Made by a program: the position numbers and the translations under genes. This document shows, piece after piece, positions 1 through 11,059 of a stretch of DNA of 64,000 bases. The notes beneath the pieces were generated by a model that saw only the letters and a list, made by a program, of their open reading frames with translations, did not search any database and was not told the DNA's origin. The DNA lies in contig RHPI01000890.1 in NCBI GenBank assembly GCA_009103225.1, positions 284,994 through 348,993 on the forward strand, written 5' to 3'. Within the stretch, counting starts at the first letter, position 1; each line of letters opens with the position of its first letter. Origin of the DNA: Chlorokybus atmophyticus (lineage: Eukaryota; Plantae; Mesostigma and Chlorokybus algae).

Positions 1-2106
1 GCAGCCTACCATGCGGATTTGTAACTTAAAGTTTGCATGAATTGACTCATGATGTGGCTTGTATAGTGGGGAATAGTGCAAACCAAAAAACTCATCTCTT
101 ATGTTAGCATAATATCATAATTTGGTGCACTCAAGTGTGCATCATTGTGATGGTGGTGGGCGTTGCTAACCTCTCCCTCTGCCTCCCTGCGCTACTCATC
201 CTGCACATGGTGGTTAGCCTATATAGCTTATAGCTACATTGCTATCGTGGTGGTATTGTGCTTGTATATCTGTGAACGCAGTCTGCAGTGTGCTTTGCTT
301 TATGGCTTCTCTCTGCTATAATCGATGCATCATTGTGATTGAGACATGTTAATTGAAATGATCATTTATTTTATGTCATTAAATGGGGGTGTGGCCCCTA
401 AAAATGGGTAATGTAACAATTTGGTCAAACTTCATAGTTATAATATCAATTGGTTTGCTGTATGGTGTGGTTAACAAGACCTTGCTTCTCAATCTGACGT
501 AAATATGTGTTTTTGTGCAAACATGTCTGATCCATCTAAGTTGAGGCAAAAGTACGGGAGGGGTCGAATCCTTATGTTCGTTGGATATATAAGAAATCAG
601 CATAAAGACTACATTTACAACTAAAGCCGTAGCTTTTATTGAGTTCATGTATCATAGTCCAGTGTTGTATTAAGATACATTGCGTGATGCGGCCCCCATC
701 CTGCAGCCCCCGCTCTGCACCGGCAAGTGCATAGCGATTGTGTGTAAGCTGCTGCTATGCATGAATGCAATGAGAGATGGTGTGCTTGGTCAGCGGTGTC
801 ATGAGTGTTGGAAGCGGTTCGCGCAAATGCGTATTATTATAACTGCGTATTATTATAAAGTACAACAATGGTCGTGCTCAGCTTGGCAACAAAAGACGGA
901 TGGGCAGACAAAACACATATATGTGCAAGTAACAACATAGCACGTGATATGCTGGTTGTCGCATGTGTGTGTCAATGCCAATGTTGCTATGTTGAGGTGT
1001 AAGTTTATTGATGACAATTTGTATATGATTGTATTTTGCGTTACCGTGTAATGTTGCTTGTGTGTCAATTGCTGGGTGTATACTTGGCCTACTATTGACA
1101 CTGCATGCATCACTGACACGCGTTGTGCATACAATTAAAATCTCAAATCCTCCACGTACGCACGCACACGCACATGCAAGCACACGTGCACACACAACAG
1201 TCCGTGTGGGCATGTGATATAATTGCGCATGCAGGCTTGGATGACTTAGGGGTGGTACTACTACATAGTAGTGGTAGTGTGATTATGTAGGTGAGAGAGT
1301 TGTGTAGCCCAATAGTGAGTGTACTACCAACAATTGTGCTTGTTGCTACATGTACGTCATGTGCTTGGGCTCTTTGATGCATGCACAATGCACACTTGTA
1401 ATGCCATTACGTGTACTCTAAGAGTACATATAATATGCCTAGGGTTTGATCAAACCGTCCACTCCTCTGTCGACCTGCAAATACTTACAAGCATTACCAG
1501 CTACATGACTACAATTGCAATGAGGTACAAGTTGTGAAGTGTGAAAAGTGAGAATGGTTGTTGGTGCAACATAGCATCGACCATATAATGCTCGGCATAT
1601 ACACAAGATGCAACGGAAATGTCATGCATACATTATGTGTATGGCTTGTGTACTATGCCAGCGGCAAAGTACACAACAAATGATGAAGGCCAATTAGTCA
1701 AGCAAGCACACAACACATCCAAGCTTGAAAACACAGCACAAGCCAGGGCAAGACAACGGGGTGGGGGGGCCCACGAAGCTATAGCTAAGTGCACTAGCTA
1801 TAGACTAGCTGTAGACTTGGGGAGGGGTGGGGGTAGCGGCAAGCAAAAGAAGCACCTGCAGAGCATCGTGGAGGAGGGAGAAGTTAGCCGCCAGCCAACG
1901 CCGCCACCAACCGCGATCAAAGTTTGTGTCAATGCTCCCTAGGTGTAACATATATGGTTATGGGACATATCATACGAAAATTTTGTCACGGATCAGCCTT
2001 GGCCCGCACGTACGGACCAGGGCCAAAACGCCCGGGCGGCTTGGGGTCCAGACCAGGGACTACCGATTTGGTTTGCACACGGGGAACAGGACTGGTTCAA
2101 ACAGTA

Positions 2107-5100
2107 CAATTTACCCCCGTTAAAAGACTTCGGTTTAAGAGAATACCCCGCTAAAATCATACAATATTAAAAGACCAATCGTTTTACAGGCAAATGCGTT
2201 TGGCTAGTGGTATAGTCTTGTATGTAATAAGACTAATGTTACCGCATTCAAAAACCAATGGTCATATGCTCTTATCGGGGTAGCAGTGCTGTGCGCAAGG
2301 GCACAAGCCAGCATTTGTACTCTTGTGCCGTTGTGCCCATGCAAGTGCTCTTTGCCTTACGCCGCAAACCCACAGTTGCAGAGCTAACCGGTCGCCGTGG
2401 AGGAGCGCTAAGATGAGGCGGCGGCGCGAGGGGCAGCGGCGGCGGCGGCAAGAGGTCTAGTTAGGTAGAAATAGATGCCTTGGTGCAGGGGACGGCTGTT
2501 TAGGGGCTGAAGGGCTTCCGTTGAGGTGTGTGCATTGTGTTCGTGCGCGTGTGTGTTTGTGTATGGTTGAGACTGTTTGTGTGGACCAAGGATAATGTAT
2601 GCGTCTTGTAGGCTAACATGTCCGCACCACAGCCAGTCAAGCGCACCACCATCACACTCAAGGACAAAAAGCGCATCCTAGAATTGTATGATGAGTTGTG
2701 TGAGACCGCCAACGTGAGGCAAGAGAATTTCATTGCAAGCATAAAAAGCAAGTTAAAGTTGGATATCAAACAGAGTGCGTTGTCCAAGTTGTTAAACAAC
2801 CGTGACAAGATCATAGTGGACACTCTAGCCCAGAGTGGTAATTTTGCTGCAAGTGCTAAGCGTATGCGGCTTGCGGCACATCGTAAGTTGGAGGACGCCT
2901 TGTATGCATGGTTCACACAAGCACGGGCTCGCAACATCACCGTCACAGACATTATATTCATGAAAAAAGGCCTAGACTTTGCTAGTAAGTTGAACATAAA
3001 AGATTTTAATGCATCGCATGGGTGGGTGAATCGGTTCAAGAAACGTCATGGCATCTCCGCCAAAACACTGCACGGTGAGGCTGATGACGCAAACGAAGAT
3101 GAAGTTGACATGGCTTGAGCTGACTTGCCCGAGATCCTTAAAGAGTACGGTGTTGCCAACACCTTCAACATGCACGAGAGCGGCGTTTTCTACCGTGCTT
3201 GTCCATGTCGCTCATTGGTCGCTGAAAGTGAAGATGCTAGGGGGGGGAAGAGAGAGAAGGATAGATTTGTACTGGCGTTGTGTGTGAATGCGGATGGCTC
3301 CGAGAAGTTCCCACTTCTTCTCATTGGCACATTCAAGCGCCCAAAGTCGTTTGGCAGCACATGGACTCCTACTAGGAGTACTACTACTAGGAGTATAGTA
3401 TACGCATTGGTGTTGAGCACTACAACAACAAGAAAGCTTGGATGAACGCGGAGGTAAGATGTTTGTAAGTGTTGTAGGGTTGTAGAGTTTATGTCATCGC
3501 AAGTTGACTTGCATTGTAGGTCCGTGTTGGCACTGAGTGTTGTTGTCATGCAGATCTTCAGCCGCTGGCTCTGCAGCTACGCCCTACAGATGAAGCTACA
3601 GAAGCGCAATGTCTTGTTGCTGCTCGACAATTTTTCCACGCATGCTTGCAGGTATGGGTAACCGGGCATGGAGAAAGGTTTCAATAACGCTGCAGGCGGA
3701 CATGGTAAAATGTCTATTTCTACCTCCCAACACAACCAGCAAAGTTCAACCTCTGAACGCAGGCATTATCGTTGCGTTCAAGGTCAGGTTTGTGTTGTTT
3801 CATTTACTGTTGCTGCGTCGCTACCACTAGTCTGACACTGAATAGTAACTTGCAAATTGCGTGTCAATTCAGCTAACTTGTTGGAAAATTTTGTCCCGGG
3901 GGGGGGGGGGGNNNNNNNNNNNNNNNNNNNNNNNNNNNNNNNNNNNNNNNNNNNNNNNNNNNNNNNNNNNNNNNNNNNNNNNNNNNNNNNNNNNNNNNNN
4001 NNNNNNNNNNNNNNNNNNNNNNNNNNNNNNNNNNNCCCCCCCCCCCCCGGACCCCCCTTATTTTTAAACAGTTGTTATGCTTTCTCGTTTTGTTTGTGAC
4101 AGGTACAAGTGCAAGCTTGTTGCAAGCTTGTTGCAGCAATACGACGCAGAGCATCGGCTTTCGCAAAGTTAAGGTGCGGTTTAAGGAGGCAGTCACATGG
4201 TGTCGCGAGGCATACGGGGAGCTCACCGCACTCACTTTCACGAATTATTTGCGTAGGAGTGGCATCATCCCTTCGGCTTGGCACGCGCCCACTCCCGACA
4301 CACGAGAGCAGGCTATTGTGCTCAAGATCGGTGACATCATGCAGCGTCCTCCCATTCCAGAGGTGCTTGCACTTGCTGAGTTCATCCACGCTGATGACGC
4401 TCTTCCCACCGAAGCCGGACAGAGCGACGAGGACATCCTCGAAAGCGTTGGAGCGGCAGAAGGGCCCCCCCATGATGAGCATGTTGAGGATGAAGGTGAG
4501 AGGGTGGATTAAAATGTGTGTACATGTGTATGAGTATGAGTAGGCACAAACATTGGATGTGTTGCAAATGATGATGAGGAGGAAGAATTGCCCCCGTGTG
4601 TCACAGTGGCGGAAAGGCATGAGGTTTTTGGATGGTGTGGAGGCTTTCATCGCCACCAACAACTGCCCTATCTCCGAGCATCATCAGCTCACATTACGGC
4701 AGCTGCGTAATGTGGTCATTAAGCATCAGCTCTTTGATGTTGGCCATCAAACCCGCATACAAGACTTTTTCACTACGAGTTCTTCTGTACATGTCGCTAG
4801 CTCTGGTGGCACTGGCGATGAGCCCATTGTCGTAGAGTAATATTGAGACTTGATGGCGGTGCATATACATGCGAGAATGGACATGTAGATGCATGCTGTT
4901 ATTCATGCTCACGCATATCGTCACACATGCACACACATGCCAGACAAGTTGATATGTACACTTGCTCACGCGCGTGCGTGCACGCCGACACGTGCACATG
5001 AGCAATTTTTCTTCATATCAACAACATCATGCATGCTATAACGCATACTACAATGCATATTATAACTTGTGTTATGAACTTGATCACAACATACTCTGCA

Positions 5101-5231
5101 CTCATAAGATTCACGTTGTACATATGCTGTGCACTTGGTTTGCTTATGACATATTTATTTATGTCTTTATAACCACGTTAGTGGACTAGAAGTTGAAGGG
5201 TATATGGTATTCTTATAACGGGGGTAGACTG
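2107..5231 (+). mobile_element. pogo/Tigger (Tc1-mariner superfamily) DNA transposon, degenerate
   Basis: Left end CAATTTACCCCCGTTAAAAGA (2107-2127) matches the reverse complement of the right end, CAGTCTACCCCCGTTATAAGA (5211-5231), at 18/21. TA dinucleotides flank both ends (2105-2106, 5232-5233). It encloses a transposase pseudogene. Confidence 0.9.
2618..4840 (+). pseudogene. pogo/Tigger transposase (CENP-B-type HTH + DDE_1), intron-containing, inactivated
   Basis: HTH_Tnp_Tc5-like LEDALYAWF...ASHGWVNRFKKRHGI. DDE_1 motifs FNMHESG, KKAWMNAE, LLLLDNFSTH, LPPNTTSKVQPLNAGII. In-frame TGA at 3116-3118, frameshift near 3370-3415, N-gap 3912-4035. C-terminal QTRIQDFF. Confidence 0.9.
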
Positions 5232-6380
5232 TACGTCATTGTCCCACAGTCCCCGAAAACCGAACCAGGGCTGGTGCCGGTCAGAAACCGGACCAATCAT
5301 GGTTCTTTGTAAGGACCATCATTGCCTTTACGCACGCTCTTGCCCGTTCATGAAGCCATGGTCCGCAAGCCCAGACCATGGCTGGTGCACGTGTAATGAG
5401 TTAATCAAACCATGTGTGGCGCGTGACCGGTAGTCCTGATCTTGTGCATGCGTTTCGGCCGGATGCAACCGGACCGCAGAAAAGCAAGAGTGACCATGGT
5501 TAGGAGTACGGTTTTGTGACTATGCTTTGGCGGCTAGCTGCAATCAGCCGCAGCAATCAAGCCGCAGCTAACCGCAGTTGGGCCGCCGCTTATGGCCTGG
5601 CGGGCGGCCTGGTGCTCCATACCAAGAGCACCAGGCCACGACGCTGGCCTGGTCAAGAGCTTGGCGGTCGCTTGCTCATAGGCATGGCCATGGCTTCCAC
5701 CAGCGCCGCAGTTGCAAGCCTATTGAACAGCATGCACGAAACCACAAGCACATGCAAACTCCCAAGGCCCCTCATGCAGGCCCGTGATGACGCTTAGCCA
5801 CACATACATACCCCTTGCAGCTTACAGCATGCAACAACCATGCATACATGTCAACATGTAGTGGCAATAAACAGCAGATCGGATACAGAGTTGATCAGGT
5901 AAAATCTCTCAGTTAAAGTACAATAATAATCAAAGTTCAACAAGTACGACAGTACTGAAGCAGCAAACCTCTATGACATAAACCAGAAATACTGCAACTT
6001 CAAGTAGTCCTTGACAAATGTTCATGGACGCCAGCAAAATCAGTGCGACATGCACATGCTGATGAGCACGCACGCGCGCGCAATGACACCAACTTCTTAC
6101 CTGCTGCCCCAGCCTTGTGCTATCTTTACTGTCCTTCTTGAATGATGCGCGCTTGCCCCCTTCAGCTCTCTCCTCTGCTGCTGATTAGTGCGCCAACCGG
6201 CACCATCATGTACGTGGCGAGCAGGAGTGAGTAGCGGAGCAGGCGCATGCACATGCGCGCATGCTTGAATGTGAGCACGTCACCTAAGTGGGGTGGGGGC
6301 GGACACACACCTGATCACATGCATAGTGTACACCGCGAATTGCTTCACTGGCCAGCGCCGCCTATGAGATGAATGAACGG

Positions 6381-8621
6381 GCTCATAGGCCGCACAGGTT
6401 AGTGCGGCCTATGAGCGCAGAGAGAGAGAGAGAGAGAGGGGGGGGGGGGGGGGGGGGTGCAAGTGCTTGCCTGTGCGTNTTCGCATGCGCATGGACCAAC
6501 GCCCACACGTTAATGTGCGTGTGGGCGTTGGTTACTGCCATCCTCACACCCAACCCTTTCAAGCTAAGAATGCGTATTGAAAGTTGAGCGGGAAAATCTC
6601 CGCCGCCATACCTCTCTGTTCCAAGCAACTCGTCTTTGGAGTCGGCAGCATTGCTCAGCGGCTGTTGCCAGCCGCAGCAGCCCTTTGCAAGCGTGTATTA
6701 GGTCACATTGATGGCCGCGGCAACATGCTGCTTGGTGTGTCGTGTGACGCGCGTTGTCTGTGTAAAGGCCTGACAAAGGGGCCCTGGCTGTCTGCATATC
6801 TGCGCGTGCACACATGCTTGTGTGCGTGTGCGTATGCGCATTGCAAAAGGAGGAAGGGGGAGGGGAGTGGGGGAGACACAGCTGTATCAACATGCATAAC
6901 GCCACGCTGGAGCGTCTCATAGGCCGCACTGGTCAGTGTGCGGTCTACGAGCCAGCCTTTAGCAATTGCCTCATAGGCCGCATTGGTCAGTGCGGTCTAT
7001 GAGGCGGTCTATGAGCCAGCCTATGCGGCTGCACTATCATATTTAGTAGCCTCACACATGTGTGTACGCACCATTTGTGGGTGCGTACACACATGTGTGC
7101 ACGCACCCACAAACTAATGCACACTCATGCGCGTGGGCACACACATACACACATACACACACTCTCATTGCACCTTAAAGGCGGAGGTCGAGAGCACGGG
7201 CAGCTGCAAAGTTAATGCTTGCATGCGCAAAGCGTGCACTGAAAATTCTTTTTGAAAGGGGGCGGCAGCCCGCATACTTGCGCGTGCACATGACTGCGTG
7301 AGCGCAAACACATGCACGTTTGCATGCGCGTGCGTGCATGCTTGTATGTGTGTGCGCATTTTCTTTGAAGAGGAAGAGAACGAGGAGGGGGGGGGGGGGG
7401 GGGGGNCATAATATACACGCTGAATTGCATTGCAGGCCGCATTGGACAGTGCGGTCCATGTGCAAGTTTGCAGCAATAAGCTTATAGGCCGCACTAGACA
7501 GTGCAGCCTACAAGGCAGTCTATGGCAACCGCCTTATAGGCTGCATTAGACAGTGCGGTCTGTGAACCCCACTCAACCATGATGTGTATGTGCATGTGTC
7601 ACGTAGTGCACATGAGCGCAAGCACACGCGCATACGCGTGCGTCATGCATTACTCCCCTCTTCCCCTCCCCCTGCCCTCCCCCAATCCTCCGCTGACCAT
7701 AAGGTCCAGCAGGTGCACCAATTTGCAACGCCCCCAAATCCCGCGCCCCGAGCAGGAGCAGGAGCAACGGGATCCCCCCACGGACAGTGACTCCCCGGGT
7801 CACCTGTGCAGTGACTGTTTCACCCACATGTGTAAAGCATGATATGTATGTGTATGTGCACGAACAGTCACGTGTACACGCCAAGCACAGGAGCACGCGA
7901 GCTCATATGTGTGCGAGCGCATGCATGCACACTTACACCTTACACGCACATACATGCATACACGCACGCATGGAAATGCACACGCACGCACGCGCCTGCA
8001 ATGTGCGGGTGTACCTCATACACGCATGCACACGTGCTCACTCTCACGCACCTTCCACCAAAAAGATCAAGCAATAGGGAGTGTACTTACAATCGTAAGC
8101 TTCTTGGGCAACAAAGCCAGCGCGCAGCGTGTGGTTGGTGGTGACCGTGTGGTTGTCGGTGACCGTGACCAGCACAAGCCGCTGCAGCAACTTAGCTAAA
8201 AGGTCTTGCACAAGAACCCCAATGCACACCAATACACAACTCAAAAATGAGCGGATGCATATGCAATTTTGTTGTAAGGCAACTGTATGTATACTTCGTG
8301 AAGGTGGGGCCATACGCATTCTTAAGCGCCAGCTGAGCGTCTGCCTTGGCTCACTCTCACTCGCACCGCGTGTCACCTGGGAGCCTGTGTGTTACATATA
8401 CACGACATGATAAAGCACAATTGCAACTACCATACACTGCTGCGCAGTCTATCATAGACTGCGCACTTTTCAAAAGCCACAGGCGGCTGCCTGGGGAGTA
8501 CCATGATGGTACTCCCCAGGCAGCCGCCTGTGGCTTTTGAAAAGTATTGATGAGTCATCGCTGCGAATAGCAACTGCCTTATAGGCTGCACTGGACAGTA
8601 CAGCCTATGAGGCAATTGCTA
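6381..8621. repeat. Cluster of about 7 copies of a palindromic hairpin repeat (consensus core CTCATAGGCCGCACTG-GA-CAGTGCGGCCTATGAG) interspersed with CA/TG-rich sequence
   Basis: Copies near 6381, 6916, 6970, 7433, 7481, 7533 and 8568. The 6381-6416 copy has perfect 15-bp arms. Confidence 0.85.
8465..8545. repeat. Perfect 81-bp palindrome (40-bp arms, 1-nt spacer)
   Basis: ACTTTTCAAAAGCCACAGGCGGCTGCCTGGGGAGTACCAT-G-ATGGTACTCCCCAGGCAGCCGCCTGTGGCTTTTGAAAAGT. Confidence 0.97.
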
Positions 8622-10379
8622 TCGGTCCATAGCCCAACTTCAACAAGTGTGAGATGTGAATGTGAATGTGTGTATATTGGTGCCTGCGTGCATGACAAAG
8701 AGCACATGCTTGCATGCGCATGCGTACGTGGTGCGTTTGCGTGTGCATATACATTTACTTGGCTGAGTGGGTGGGTAGGTGCTGAAGTAGGTACGTGCAT
8801 ATAGTACTTATGGCTGTCACAGTACAAGCAAACAATTATGTCCGCAAGCTGGACAGGCACTTAGACGCATACAATGTATGCATCATACAATGTGCATGTG
8901 CGCAAGCTAGCTGTGCATGTACGTACGTTGTATGCTGGTTACAATGCAAATATAACTTGCTAAGCGTGCGATTTCGTCGCAATCTTCAAAATTACCGTAC
9001 CGGCCCAACTGACCTCTCATTGCAGGTAGGCAACCACCTGGACAAGCTCCATTTGCACCTAGTGAAGGGGGGGGGGGGGGGGGNNNNNNNNNNNNNNNNN
9101 NNNNNNNNNNNNNNNNNNNNNNNNNNNNNNNNNNNNNNNNNNNNNNNNNNNNNNNNNNNNNNNNNNNNNNNNNNNNNNNNNNNNNNNNNNNNNNNNNNNN
9201 NNNNNNNNNNNNNNNNNNNNNNNNNNNNNNNNNNNNNNNNNNNNNNNNNNNNNNNNNNNNNNNNNNNNNNNNNNNNNNNNNNNNNNNNNNNNNNNNNNNN
9301 NNNNNNNNNNNNNNNNNNNNNNNNNNNNNNNNNNNNNNNNNNNNNNNNNNNNNNNNNNNNNNNNNNNNNNNNNNNNNNNNNNNNNNNNNNNNNNNNNNNN
9401 NNNNNNNNNNNNNNNNNNNNNNNNNNNNNNNNNNNNNNNNNNNNNNNNNNNNNNNNNNNNNNNNNNNNNNNNNNNNNNNNNNNNNNNNNNNNNNNNNNNN
9501 NNNNNNNNNNNNNNNNNNNNNNNNNNNNNNNNNNNNNNNNNNNNNNNNNNNNNNNNNNNNNNNNNNNNNNNNNNNNNNNNNNNNNNNNNNNNNNNNNNNN
9601 NNNNNNNNNNNNNNNNNNNNNNNNNNNNNNNNNNNNNNNNNNNNNNNNNNNGCCGGGGGGGGGGAGCACACAACATCAGCAAGAATAGCAGGAAAACAGC
9701 AACAACGGCGGCAACAAATATCAACAAAAGCAAAGAAAGAAAGAAAACGACAGCAGCAACAGTCGCTGCTCCCTTTGCAGCGGCTGTTGCTATGGTTCGC
9801 TGCAAGGGAGCAGCGAATGTTGCTGCCAGTACAGCTGCTGTGGTCCGCTGCATGGCCGACAGAGATTGCTTGCTGCACAATAAAAGCTCCAACTGCACAA
9901 CAATGATTTTGATGACAAAATCATTGTTGTGCACGCCATGCCATGGTAGGCTACATTAGCAACAGCACCCATGCAGCAGCAACGGCAGCAAACAGCACAA
10001 AGGGGGCAAGCTATGGTTGTCAACCTCGCACTAGGTAAAAACCCTAGCGATAATAGACAGTGACCAGCTCAGTTGTAAGCTTTCACATGGTCGCTGCGTG
10101 CGGCATAGCGCATAGCATGTGACATTCGTGCTGTGTGCTATCACATTGTTGTTGACCAATAGTGTGGCAAATGGTAGCGCTTACCGTTTGCAGAATGCTG
10201 GTAAGCTGCGCCGTCAGCACGCTGGCCCCATCTCCGCCGCCTCCAGCTTGTGGGCGGCAGCAGCCAACGCTTGGGATAACTCCAGCCGGCAAGGCGATGC
10301 CTGCGGTTGTCTGGCCGGCTTAGCATGGACTTATCTTAGCTTGATTGGTGATGTGTCCAAGTCGCGGCGGCACTAGCCT

Positions 10380-10760
10380 TGGTTCGTACGCTGAGTGTCT
10401 GTAAACCGTGCATGCCATGGGTACCATACTTGGTACGCACGGTCGTACTCGCTTGCACCAGCTTTGGCCCCCTGTTGTGCATCACTTGTACCAGTGCTGC
10501 TGTGATTTGCAGGTCGCGTGCGTCGTGACCAGCCCTGGTCCTACCGTGCAATGCCTATGCCGTACCAGTGCTGTACCGGTCTGCGAGCTACGAGGCACGC
10601 GACCAGCCCTAGGCCAATCCTACGGACCATATTGGCGGGCTCCGGGGCCGGACCACCGGTGGTCCGGTTGCGCCGGATCAGTCGCGGCACTGGTACGCTA
10701 GAATGTACCAGACGTGGTCTGCGAGCCGCGTACGAGCCTGTGTATATGGGGCATGTGGCT
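10380..10760. repeat. GGACC/GGTCC- and GTAC-rich dispersed repeat segment
   Basis: Contains the perfect 20-bp palindrome CCGGACCACCGGTGGTCCGG (10648-10667) and GTACCA-TACT-TGGTAC. The same motif class occurs at 1985-2104/5234-5500, 50057-50480 and 60610-61030. Confidence 0.55.
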
Positions 10761-11059
10761 CCCCCTATGGCAGCGACTTTTGCTGCCGTAGCCTGGTTAA
10801 GGCGCCGATGTTACACAAGGGTTTTGAGCGGCTATCCGCGCCCTTATACCATGCACAACACTCACTCTGTGTAGTGCGCACTGCGAAATAGCAACCAGAT
10901 GCACAGCAGGGCATGCACACAGTGTACAAGCAGTGTTCAAGCAATGCACAGTCGTTTGCATATATTGTGTGCAAGTAGAAAGCCATGGACATCAACAGTA
11001 TGTACAGACACGACATGTATGCGGGCAGTGAATCTGCTCGCCAGAAATACTTACCCATT

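Noticed and set aside
520-620. Peptide DPSKLRQK...MFVGY resembling the copia post-integrase SH3 region
   Set aside because: Very short match with no flanking integrase or RT motifs; could be chance.
1619-1942. ORF with a GC-rich patch
   Set aside because: No recognisable domain or clear exon structure.
3896-4047. Poly-G/poly-C runs at gap edges (also about 9067, 6438, 7386, 36056) as G-quadruplex elements
   Set aside because: They coincide with N-gaps or single Ns, so length and even presence may be sequencing or assembly artefacts.
7573-8200. Many His/Thr/Cys/Ala-rich ORFs
   Set aside because: Translations of CA/TG low-complexity sequence, not credible proteins.
8795-9934. Long ORFs of 225-323 aa
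   Set aside because: Length comes from reading through the N-gap.
10371-10876. CACTA...TAGTG ends suggesting an EnSpm/CACTA element
   Set aside because: Inverted match is limited to 5 bp and the flanking trinucleotides differ (CGG vs CGC).
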